Shown piece after piece: positions 46,439-54,829 of a DNA stretch of 64,000 bases; position 1 is the first letter of the stretch; each line of letters opens with the position of its first letter. Location: positions 9,680-73,679 of the forward strand of contig PLTX01000034.1 in assembly GCA_003164675.1 (NCBI GenBank), written 5' to 3'. A program made the translations under genes and the position numbers. The notes under the pieces were generated by a model. The model ran no database searches, had not been told where the DNA came from, and saw only the letters and a list, made by a program, of their open reading frames with translations. The stretch is from Verrucomicrobiota bacterium. Its GTDB lineage: Bacteria; Verrucomicrobiota; Verrucomicrobiia; Palsa-1439.

Positions 46439-48712
46439 ATGAATACGAGCCGTTTCATCGGCGCGGTCGTGATATTTCTTTGTGCCTTATCCCAGGGAAC
46501 GGCACAGGAGCGCGCATCAGACAATCCGTATCCTTTGCTTGTACGTTTTTTGGGAAATCACCGAGCATTCAGTGCGACGCTTGTTTCCGTTGTTCAGTCA
46601 GAGGACGGCATGGTGATGGAAGGTGGGAGTTATCAATACACTTATCTGAACGGCAACGTTCGAATCGAATCGGCTTTTTCGTCGCAGTGGTCAGCACTGT
46701 TTGCCATCTCGCCTCCTGACACCAACGCGATCAAGCGTGCTGGACTGGATTTGATCGTGGAGGTGTTCGCACCTGATAGGAAGAAACTCTGCCTTATCTT
46801 CCCCAACGCGCGGGCCTACTGCGAAACGGAGATCCCCGCTGAGATTCATCCGCCGAAGGAAGGTGACCTGAAGATAGATCGCGTCCCGGACGGCTCGGAG
46901 ATCATAGATGGTCACCCTTGCGCCCGAACCAAGGTGACAATACACGAAACGAAGCCAACCCCCGGAACCGAGGAGAAAGTCACTGCGGTGTTATGGGCAG
47001 CACAGGACCTGGATGGCTTCCCAGTGAAGATTAAAGCACGCTTGGAAACCCCCATGGGTGTGTTCACATCCACTGAAGCTTTCACCGACATCAAGCTGGT
47101 GACTCCCGATAGTTCACTTTTTCATCCACCGCCCCACCTGAAGATCTATCGAAGCATGGACGAGTTCTCCGAAGCCATACAGAACGCGACGGCTACCGGT
47201 GAAGAGCGGACCCGGCGATTCTGGGCCGCCGTGGAAAAGGGCGATGTGGTTCAATTGGAGTCCTTTTCGAAAAAGGATCCAGAGCTGCTTCGGGCGCTCG
47301 CGAAGGACGATCAAACCCCGTTGCACGTTGCCGCCCGGGTAGGGCAGAAGGAGGTAGTCCAGTGGTTGGTTAACAAGAAGGCGGATGTGAATGCCCGAGA
47401 CGGACGGAAATCCACCCCGCTACACGAGGCTGCTGTAGGAAATTCAGCCGCCGTTATTGATATCCTGCTGAAGGCAGGGGCGAAACTTGAAGCCTTGGAC
47501 AATGATGGTCACACGCCTCTGCTTGTCGCGGCATCGAAGGGATCAAAGGAAACCGTTGAAGCCTTGTTACGGGCCGGGGCGAACGTCAGCCCGAGCGACA
47601 CGCAGGGGATGACATCACTTCATCTCGCAGCCGCTCGCGGGGAAAAAGATATTGTCACAATTCTGGTCTCTCATAAGGCCGATGTAAACGCCAAGAACAA
47701 ACAAGGTCTGACTCCCTTGTGGGAAGCTGTTTTACAGGGCTACGAAGGTGTAGTGGAAGTTCTCACAGCAGGCGGAGCCAACATCAATCAGATCGGGGTT
47801 GATGGACAAACACCTTTGCTCTGGGCCGTCGGAAACGACAGGAAGGCAATGGCGGGCACGCTTGTGGCCTGCAAGGCCGACGCGGCCACGAAGGACGCAT
47901 CCGGACAACCGATATTCCTCATTGCATTCCGCAACGGCAATTTGGAACTTGCTCGAAAACTTGTGGCAGAGCCGACGGACGTGAACCTCAAAGGACGTGG
48001 AGGCTTCACGGCAGCGCATCTGGCGGCGGCTCACGATTGGGTGGATGTCTTGAAAATCCTGATCGCTCGGAAGGCCGACATTGGTGCGGTGGACGATTTC
48101 GGTACCCGTCGTCCGTTACACTTGGCCATTGAAAGGGGCTCCCAATCAGCGGCTGAGTTCCTCGCGCACGTCGATCCGGATCTGGAGGCACGAGACGCTC
48201 ATGGAAGGACTCCATTGCAGATGGCCGCTGAGAAGGGCTGGACGAATGTTGTGGAGGCGTTGTTGACTGAAGGCGCCGAGCCGTGTGCCCGCACCGGTGA
48301 CAGGATGACTCCGGCGATGCTTGCGGAGAGAGCCGGTCATCAGGAAATCGCGATTAAACTCAAGCAACAGGAAGAGCAATGCGATAATACAGTGCGCAAA
48401 CTCGAAGATTCTCTTCACGCCGCCGATACTTCGGAACTGAAAACCCTGCTGGAAGCCCGCCCGCATTTGATCAATCATCGAAACCAACAAGGCCAGTCAC
48501 TTGTTCAGCAGGCGGTTCTGGCCGGCAGCGCATCTGCGGTTGGGTTGCTTCTGGCGCAGGGGACGAATTGGGCTCTGAATCGGGAGCCCAACCATATTCT
48601 GAACGATGCAGCACGTCGTGGGGACAGTCAGATCGTCGAGCTATTGTTGGCACATGGAGCACCACGCAGACGTCAACGAGGGGGATGGCAGGCTCTTGCA
48701 CGTGGCTGCTGA
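46439..48712 (+). CDS. Secreted ankyrin-repeat protein (N-terminal about 270-aa non-ANK domain + about 14 ANK repeats); apparent 3' part of the same gene continues in another frame
   Basis: Signal peptide MNTSRFIGAVVIFLCALSQGTAQE, followed by tandem G.TPLH.AA..G...VV..LL..GADVN repeats. Confidence 0.75.
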   Translation: MNTSRFIGAVVIFLCALSQGTAQERASDNPYPLLVRFLGNHRAFSATLVSVVQSEDGMVMEGGSYQYTYLNGNVRIESAFSSQWSALFAISPPDTNAIKRAGLDLIVEVFAPDRKKLCLIFPNARAYCETEIPAEIHPPKEGDLKIDRVPDGSEIIDGHPCARTKVTIHETKPTPGTEEKVTAVLWAAQDLDGFPVKIKARLETPMGVFTSTEAFTDIKLVTPDSSLFHPPPHLKIYRSMDEFSEAIQNATATGEERTRRFWAAVEKGDVVQLESFSKKDPELLRALAKDDQTPLHVAARVGQKEVVQWLVNKKADVNARDGRKSTPLHEAAVGNSAAVIDILLKAGAKLEALDNDGHTPLLVAASKGSKETVEALLRAGANVSPSDTQGMTSLHLAAARGEKDIVTILVSHKADVNAKNKQGLTPLWEAVLQGYEGVVEVLTAGGANINQIGVDGQTPLLWAVGNDRKAMAGTLVACKADAATKDASGQPIFLIAFRNGNLELARKLVAEPTDVNLKGRGGFTAAHLAAAHDWVDVLKILIARKADIGAVDDFGTRRPLHLAIERGSQSAAEFLAHVDPDLEARDAHGRTPLQMAAEKGWTNVVEALLTEGAEPCARTGDRMTPAMLAERAGHQEIAIKLKQQEEQCDNTVRKLEDSLHAADTSELKTLLEARPHLINHRNQQGQSLVQQAVLAGSASAVGLLLAQGTNWALNREPNHILNDAARRGDSQIVELLLAHGAPRRRQRGGWQALARGC

Positions 48713-49946
48713 TACATGTAACACCGGAATAGTGGTTGTGCTCTTGGAGCACGGCGCCCGTGTTGCCGGGGACGACTATGCACGAGGACCAGCCTATACC
48801 AAGGACTGCGCCAACGTAATGGCTGATTTGATTAGACCCTATCGTGTTGCGCAGTCGGCACGGTTGATTTTCGAAGCGGCCGGCGCAGGAGACGTTGAAA
48901 CAACACGGAAACTTTTGTCTGCCGATACTGGTCTCATCAGCGCCACCAACCAGGATGGAGCAAATCCATTGTTCTCGGCCGCTCAGTCTGGGCGGCAAGA
49001 AGTCGCAGAACTGCTTTTGGCGAGCGGGGCTAATGTAAACGCCACAGCAAGGCCGAGCACCACGCCACTTTTTGTCGCTGTAGCCGGGCCGCACGAAAAA
49101 CTGGTTGAACTGCTGTTGGCGCATGGTGCATTCGTCGACGCGAAAGACAGTGACAATTGCACGCCATTACGCCTCGCTGCGATGGGCCCTTTTGCTGACA
49201 GGAACTATACACAAATCGTGCGAATGCTGCTGGCGAAGAATGCCAATCCCAATATTGCGGATAAGTGGGGTTGGACCCCATTACATTGCGCAGCTAGAAT
49301 GGGCCACACGGATGTAGTGCAAGCCCTCCTGGCATACAAGGCGGCCCTCGAACTCAAAACGAAAGAGGGTTATACGGCGCTATATCTTGCGGCGATGTAT
49401 GGGCACGGCGAAATCGTCGACGTTCTTGTACACGGCGGCGCTGAAATCAACGTGAAGGACAAGCACGATTCAACGCCTTTGCACGATGCAGCCGCCGGAG
49501 GACACGCCGGCTCGGTAAAGGCTCTCGTGACGAGCGGGGCTGCCGTCAATGTCACCAACGGGACTGGAGCTACACCGCTCCACGCGGCAACAACCAAGGA
49601 AGTCGCCGACATTCTCATCGCGAACGGAGCCAAAATCGGCACGTGCGATGCCCATGGCTTTACTCCTTTGCACTCCGCCGTCTCTGCAAATCGCATTGGA
49701 GTTATCCAGGTCCTTCTTGCGAACAATGCAAATCCCAACTCGAGGGAAAAGACCGGAAAGACCCCGCTGCACTTCGCAGCAAGCGAAGAGGCGGTGGATT
49801 TGCTCTTGGCGCATGGCGCAGATATCAACGCTGTTGCTGCCGACGGGTTGACCCCCATTGATGAGGCTAGGCATGCTAACAGGATCGACATCGCTACCTA
49901 CATGCACCAGCAATCTCTGGTGAATGCGAAGGCACACGGGAATTAG
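48606..49946 (+). CDS. Ankyrin-repeat protein (about 12 ANK repeats); likely the frameshifted continuation of 46439..48712
   Basis: Frame-0 ANK repeats begin exactly where the frame-2 ANK repeat of the upstream ORF is interrupted at about 48661-48668. Confidence 0.65.
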   Translation: MQHVVGTVRSSSYCWHMEHHADVNEGDGRLLHVAADTCNTGIVVVLLEHGARVAGDDYARGPAYTKDCANVMADLIRPYRVAQSARLIFEAAGAGDVETTRKLLSADTGLISATNQDGANPLFSAAQSGRQEVAELLLASGANVNATARPSTTPLFVAVAGPHEKLVELLLAHGAFVDAKDSDNCTPLRLAAMGPFADRNYTQIVRMLLAKNANPNIADKWGWTPLHCAARMGHTDVVQALLAYKAALELKTKEGYTALYLAAMYGHGEIVDVLVHGGAEINVKDKHDSTPLHDAAAGGHAGSVKALVTSGAAVNVTNGTGATPLHAATTKEVADILIANGAKIGTCDAHGFTPLHSAVSANRIGVIQVLLANNANPNSREKTGKTPLHFAASEEAVDLLLAHGADINAVAADGLTPIDEARHANRIDIATYMHQQSLVNAKAHGN

Positions 49947-50081
49947 ACGTGTGTTTCACCCCGCCGCCGTTCATACTCCACAAACGACCACTCTGTTCGA
50001 TCTTCCCTTGCGGTTTCGGTCCATGCGTTTCGGTCGTAGGCGGGGAACGTTGTGTCGCGGGGGACGTGGCGGTGCGGCGTG

Positions 50082-51623
50082 TCAGCCGTCGCGGTGTGAG
50101 CGCGGGTGAGGCTGCGTCTCGTCGGCCTTGGGGTCGGCTTGGGCCGGGGGAGTCGACGGATTGAAGAAGAGGGTCTCGGTCTTGACCTCGGTGTGGCGTG
50201 GCTTCAGTTGGACGGGTTGGGCCAGGGCTGTGCGCTCGCGTCCGAAGAGGATTGTCTTGAAGGTTTTTACCAGGACGTACATGTCGAGGAAGAACGACAT
50301 GTGCTTGATGTAGTAGAGGTCGAATTGAAGTTTGCGTCGTGATTCCTCGATGCTGGCGGCGTAGGGATACATGACCTGAGCCCAACCCGTGATGCCGGGC
50401 GGGACGAGCAATCGTTCGGCGTAGAACGGAATTTTTTCCGAGAGCTTGCGAATGAAGATTTCGCGTTCGGGACGCGGGCCGACCAGGCTCATGTCGCCGC
50501 GCAAGACGTTGAGAAGCTGCGGAATCTCGTCGATGCGGAATTTCCGGAGCCACTTGCCTGCGCGGGTGATGCGCGGGTCGTTCTCGGTGGCCCAGACGGG
50601 GCCGGTTACGCGCTCGGCGTCCACGCGCATCGTGCGGAATTTGAACAGCATGAACGGGACGCTCTCGCGGCCAAGGCGCTCCTGCTTGAAGAGGATCGGG
50701 CCGGGTGAATCCAGTTTGACCAGAACCACGGCGATGGCGGCGAGCGGGGCGGTGATCAACAGCCCGGCCAACGCCACCAGCATGTCCGTCAAGCGTTTGA
50801 GGCGGCGGATGTGGATCCGCGAGTTGTTCATCGACGCCATGAACAGCCATTCATCGTTGATGTGGTCGAGAGGAATCTCCTGGGCGAGTTCCTCGCTGAG
50901 CGCGACGAAATCCACCAACTCGATGCCGCGATAGCGGAAGGGGCGCAGTTGGCGCAACAGGATGGGCTCCGATTCCTGTCCAGCCGCCAGGACCAGGCGT
51001 TCGACGTCATACAGGTCGACGAATCGTTCCAGCGTGTCGAGGGTTCCGAGGACGGGATATTCGTCAAAGAACCTGCCAATGCGGTCCCGGTCGTTGCCAC
51101 AATGGATCAAACCGAGGATGCGAAGATTGGCGTGGGCGTGCTGGCCGATCAACTCGATGGCCTTGCGGGCTTCGCTGGTTGTGCCGATGATCAGACAGCG
51201 TTGCGCCATGAACCCGTGGCGGCTGGCCGCCACGTACAGCATGCGCATGGAGACAACGGCCACGAACACGAACGCCGCGAACCCGAGAAAAATGCCGCGG
51301 CCGATCTCAATCGAGAACGTCGCGTAAAAGAAGCCCGTGATGAGCACGGCGCCGACGGCGACAGAAATCACGGTTGCCGCGACCGTTTTGCCAAGGCTCT
51401 GCAGGCGCTCGGATTCGTATAGGCCGCCAATGTAAAAGGCGAGGACGAACACGCCCCAGGAGATCAGGATGGCTGACTGGCGAGCCTGGAGATACTCGAT
51501 GCCGCTGGTCCAGCCCAGCCGCAGCATGACGGCCGCGACCATGGCGAGGGCGGTGCAAACAGCGTCGCCAGCAGCCAGTAAAAGCTTTTTACGCGGTAAT
51601 CGGCTGGACCGGGATACAATCAT
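50082..51623 (-). CDS. Exopolysaccharide/O-antigen polyprenyl-phosphate glycosyl-1-phosphate transferase (bacterial sugar transferase, WbaP/EpsL-like)
   Basis: N-terminal TM helices, then the C-terminal PF02397 domain (RLTDMLVALAGLLITAPL...LFKQERLGRESVPFMLFKFRTM...DEIPQL.NVLRGDMSLVGPRP). Confidence 0.8.
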   Translation of the reverse strand: MIVSRSSRLPRKKLLLAAGDAVCTALAMVAAVMLRLGWTSGIEYLQARQSAILISWGVFVLAFYIGGLYESERLQSLGKTVAATVISVAVGAVLITGFFYATFSIEIGRGIFLGFAAFVFVAVVSMRMLYVAASRHGFMAQRCLIIGTTSEARKAIELIGQHAHANLRILGLIHCGNDRDRIGRFFDEYPVLGTLDTLERFVDLYDVERLVLAAGQESEPILLRQLRPFRYRGIELVDFVALSEELAQEIPLDHINDEWLFMASMNNSRIHIRRLKRLTDMLVALAGLLITAPLAAIAVVLVKLDSPGPILFKQERLGRESVPFMLFKFRTMRVDAERVTGPVWATENDPRITRAGKWLRKFRIDEIPQLLNVLRGDMSLVGPRPEREIFIRKLSEKIPFYAERLLVPPGITGWAQVMYPYAASIEESRRKLQFDLYYIKHMSFFLDMYVLVKTFKTILFGRERTALAQPVQLKPRHTEVKTETLFFNPSTPPAQADPKADETQPHPRSHRDG

Positions 51624-51777
51624 GGCGGACTATTTACGTGAAGCGCTTCCACGAGGATGTTTCTGGCGACTTGGCCAACCACGGTGTTTCTTCGCATACA
51701 CAGTTACTCAGCAAAAATCGAGCCGCCTTTACACAAGACAAGTCCACTGTTAGCTGCTATATTTCAAGCACTTCGGA

Positions 51778-53247
51778 ATGAATCGCGATCTATTGGCGCT
51801 GTCCGGTCAGTACTTTGACCTCTTGGTCATTGGCGGCGGTATCTTTGGAGCCGCCGTCGCCCGCGACGCAGCCCTGCGGGGACTGCGCGTGGCGCTCATC
51901 GAGAAATCGGATTTTGCCAGCGGAACTTCGAGTCGCACGTCCAAATTGATTCACGGCGGCTTCCGCTATCTCCAACAACGTGATTTCCGTCTCGTGTTTG
52001 AGTCGTGCCGTGAACGACACATTTTGCAGCAAACTGCTCCCCATCTCGTGCGGCCGCTCCCGTTTTTGTTCCCGATCTACGAGGGCGGAGAGATTTCGCT
52101 CACAACGCTGCGACTCGGCATGAGCCTGTATGATTGGCTGGCGCTTCGCCGCAATGTCGCCCCGCACCAAACACTTTCCGTCGAGCGGACCCTGATGAAC
52201 GAGCCCTCGCTGTCACGCAAGGGCCTGCGGGGTGCCGTGGCCTTTTACGATTGCCAGGAGGACGACGCTCGTTTCTGCATCGACCATATCCTCCACGTCT
52301 CCGAATTGGGAGCCTCGTGTATCAACTACTGCTCGCTGACCGGCCTCATTACCCGCGAGGACCGGATCGTGGCGGCGCGCGTGCGGGATGAAGTGGGCTT
52401 GTGCACGTTTGAAATCTCCGCCCGGGTATTCGTCAATGCGACGGGACCGTGGGTGGAACAGGTGTGCGGGCTGACGCCGTTCGACGCCGGAGCGGTGCGC
52501 CTCAGCCCGGCCAAGGGCGTTCATCTGGTCGTGCCGCGGCTCACGCGGCAACACGCCATCGCGTTTCAGGCCCGGAGCGATCATCGCATCCTGTTTGTGA
52601 TTCCGTGGGGCGACTACTCGTTGCTGGGCACAACCGACACCAATTTCGGTGGTGATCCCGCCCAAGCGCGAGTCGAGCAGGCGGAGATCGATTATCTGTC
52701 GGCGGAAGCGCGGGCGATTTTCCCCGATGCGCCACTTTCCGATTCGGATGTGATTACCACAACGGTCGGCGTGCGTTCGGTTGCCGCGTCGGCGCTGGCG
52801 TCGCCGTCAGCGCGTTCCCGCGAACACCGCGTGGTGCGAACGGGGCGCAATCTTTTGAGCATCATTGGAGGTAAGTACACCACCCATCGGGTCATCGCGC
52901 AGCAAACCGTTGACGCAACCTATGGGCTTCTCGGTGTGGCGGCCCCGCCGTGTCGCACTGCGGAGGTTCTCGTGCCGAATCGCCGGCCCGCGGCCGCCGG
53001 GGAGAAAATATCCGAGGCTCCGAAGGTACACGCCAGCGACATTATCCACGCCTGCCAACAGGAGATGGTCGTAACGCTCGAGGACGTCATGCGGCGGCGC
53101 ACGCCTCTGGCGCTGAGCCGGGCGGGCGGTCCGGAAGTCGCCTCGACGGTGGCGCATCTGATGGCGCCGCTGATGAATTGGAGCTCCGATGAAGAGCGCT
53201 CCCAGTTCGAGCGCTACGTGGAAGAATGGAAGCGTAGCCTGCCGTGA
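51778..53247 (+). CDS. glpD: FAD-dependent glycerol-3-phosphate dehydrogenase
   Basis: FDLLVIGGGIFGAAVARDAALRGLRVALIEKSDFASGTSSRTSKLIHGGFRYL closely matches the GlpD N-terminus. Confidence 0.8.
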   Translation: MNRDLLALSGQYFDLLVIGGGIFGAAVARDAALRGLRVALIEKSDFASGTSSRTSKLIHGGFRYLQQRDFRLVFESCRERHILQQTAPHLVRPLPFLFPIYEGGEISLTTLRLGMSLYDWLALRRNVAPHQTLSVERTLMNEPSLSRKGLRGAVAFYDCQEDDARFCIDHILHVSELGASCINYCSLTGLITREDRIVAARVRDEVGLCTFEISARVFVNATGPWVEQVCGLTPFDAGAVRLSPAKGVHLVVPRLTRQHAIAFQARSDHRILFVIPWGDYSLLGTTDTNFGGDPAQARVEQAEIDYLSAEARAIFPDAPLSDSDVITTTVGVRSVAASALASPSARSREHRVVRTGRNLLSIIGGKYTTHRVIAQQTVDATYGLLGVAAPPCRTAEVLVPNRRPAAAGEKISEAPKVHASDIIHACQQEMVVTLEDVMRRRTPLALSRAGGPEVASTVAHLMAPLMNWSSDEERSQFERYVEEWKRSLP

Positions 53248-53933
53248 CGACACAGCCCTTGATTATCGCGCACCGCGGCTTCAGCGGTCGCTATCCGGAA
53301 AACACACTGGCCTCCGTGCAGGCCGCCCTCCAGCTTGGCGTTGATTTTGTGGAGATCGACGTGCAGGAAACGGCGGACAGTGAGTTGATTGTCTTTCACG
53401 ATTACGGGCTTCGACGGCTCTGTGGCGTACGCGGCCGGGTCCGCGACAAGACGCTGGCGAAAATCCGCCGGCTGAATCCCCAGGTGCCGACGTTGCGGCA
53501 GGTCTTGCATGCCTGTCGGGGAAAGGCCCGGGTGCTCATTGAAATCAAGCGGGCCGATCCATGCAAGGTGGCCGCGGTGGTCAGCGAGACGCGCATGGAG
53601 AACAACGTGATTGTGTTTTCGTTGTCGATCCGGCGGATGAAAGAGATCGCGGCGGCGAACCCACGGATTCCGCGGTTTGGGTTAGTGGCGCGGCGTTTGC
53701 CCTTGGCCGTGGCGCGTCTCGAGACGGTCGGTATCGAGGGTATCGGATTGAGTCGGCGGCTTGTCCGTTCGCAGCGCGTTGTGCGACGGATTCACAAACG
53801 GGGCTGGAAACTTTTTGTGTGGACAGTCAACCGCGAAGCCGAGATGAACAAGCTGTCAGGTTGGGGCGTCGATGGCCTCATTACGAACCATCCTGACATT
53901 GCAAAGGAATGTAACCAGAACTTCGGACAATAA
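53244..53933 (+). CDS. glpQ: Glycerophosphodiester phosphodiesterase
   Basis: IIAHRGFSGRYPENT...VEIDVQETADSELIVFHD (GP-PDE active site H-R...E-D-H). GTGA overlap with glpD. Confidence 0.8.
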   Translation: MTTQPLIIAHRGFSGRYPENTLASVQAALQLGVDFVEIDVQETADSELIVFHDYGLRRLCGVRGRVRDKTLAKIRRLNPQVPTLRQVLHACRGKARVLIEIKRADPCKVAAVVSETRMENNVIVFSLSIRRMKEIAAANPRIPRFGLVARRLPLAVARLETVGIEGIGLSRRLVRSQRVVRRIHKRGWKLFVWTVNREAEMNKLSGWGVDGLITNHPDIAKECNQNFGQ

Positions 53934-54017
53934 CCCTCACGCTGACCCTCTCCCTTACACAGCAAGGGAGAGGGGAGTCTCCTCTCCCCTCCGGGGGTAG
54001 AGGATTAAGGTGAGGGG
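53934..54017. repeat. REP-like element family A, compound copy (outer ccctcac/gtgaggg arms enclosing two ccctctccc hairpins)
   Basis: ccctcac-gctga-ccctctccc-ttacacagcaa-gggagaggg-gagt-ctcctctcccc-tcc-gggggtagagga-ttaag-gtgaggg. Confidence 0.6.
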
Positions 54018-54074
54018 GATTCGTGGCTAAATCTTGTCTTGCGGAGCGGTGAGCTTCCGCTATGCTTTGACCGT

Positions 54075-54425
54075 ATGCTGCAGATCATTTTCAACCCCGT
54101 AAGCGCCAAAGAACTGGCGGCGCTGCCGCGCAAGCTCCAGCTGGAAATCATCGATGGCTTCCAGTTGTTCCCGCACGATTTCGAGAAGGACGACGAGAAA
54201 TTTGGGCAACTCACTCGCGCCGGGAAGAAGATTTATCGGTACCGCGTGAAGGATTACCGGATCTACTTCGAGCGCAATGGCGACATCATCAACGTGCGCT
54301 GCATTCTCAGCAAGAATACGCTGAAGGACTTCTTCTTTCGCAGCAAACTCCCGATTTCCGAGGACCAGCTTCTTCAAGAGAATCCGAAATTCTGGCAGTT
54401 GCTCGAGTCGAGCGCGGAGAAGTAG
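54075..54425 (+). CDS. RelE/ParE-family toxin-like protein with a roughly 30-aa C-terminal extension
   Basis: AGKKIYRYRVKDYRIYFERNGDIINVRCILSKN matches the RelE/ParE core (G..lyElRv.dyRiiY....d..i.il.i.hR). There is no HTH/RHH partner upstream, where a repeat element sits. The gene is low GC. Confidence 0.5.
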   Translation: MLQIIFNPVSAKELAALPRKLQLEIIDGFQLFPHDFEKDDEKFGQLTRAGKKIYRYRVKDYRIYFERNGDIINVRCILSKNTLKDFFFRSKLPISEDQLLQENPKFWQLLESSAEK

Positions 54426-54430
54426 CGGTT

Positions 54431-54748
54431 GTGGAATCCGAACAAAACAGCAAGATGACGGGGCTGATGGCTTCCCTCCCACTCCTTTTGGGTTGCACCG
54501 GCTTGTGTTTTTGTGCCATCTATCAGCTACAGCGTACCGGCTGTTTTCTTCATTCATTCTATTCGTTCGACCGGTTCATCCAGCATCATCTCGATGGCGT
54601 TGGCGGCTCCGCTTCTCTTGCGGGGATACTCGGTGCGTTGCTGGGCTTGGTGATTCTTCGCATTCGAGGCCGAAGTCAGATTGTCACCTATGGGACAGTT
54701 TCTTCAATTCTCGCAGTACTGTGGTCAGTGTTTGGCTTGTCGCTTTAG
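54431..54748 (+). CDS. Small hypothetical membrane protein
   Basis: Three predicted TM helices. Low GC. Lies immediately downstream of the RelE-like gene. Confidence 0.3.
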   Translation: MESEQNSKMTGLMASLPLLLGCTGLCFCAIYQLQRTGCFLHSFYSFDRFIQHHLDGVGGSASLAGILGALLGLVILRIRGRSQIVTYGTVSSILAVLWSVFGLSL

Positions 54749-54829
54749 GGTAACTATTTCCTAACCGAATCACAGCCCGCTCAAAGACGAACGCGACTCG
54801 CCCGCCGAAGCACCAGAAGCAGCGGTGAT

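Noticed and set aside
49894-50850. 318-aa minus-strand Arg/Pro-rich ORF
   Set aside because: Overlaps, in another frame, the sugar-transferase gene 50082..51623, which has clear PF02397 homology.
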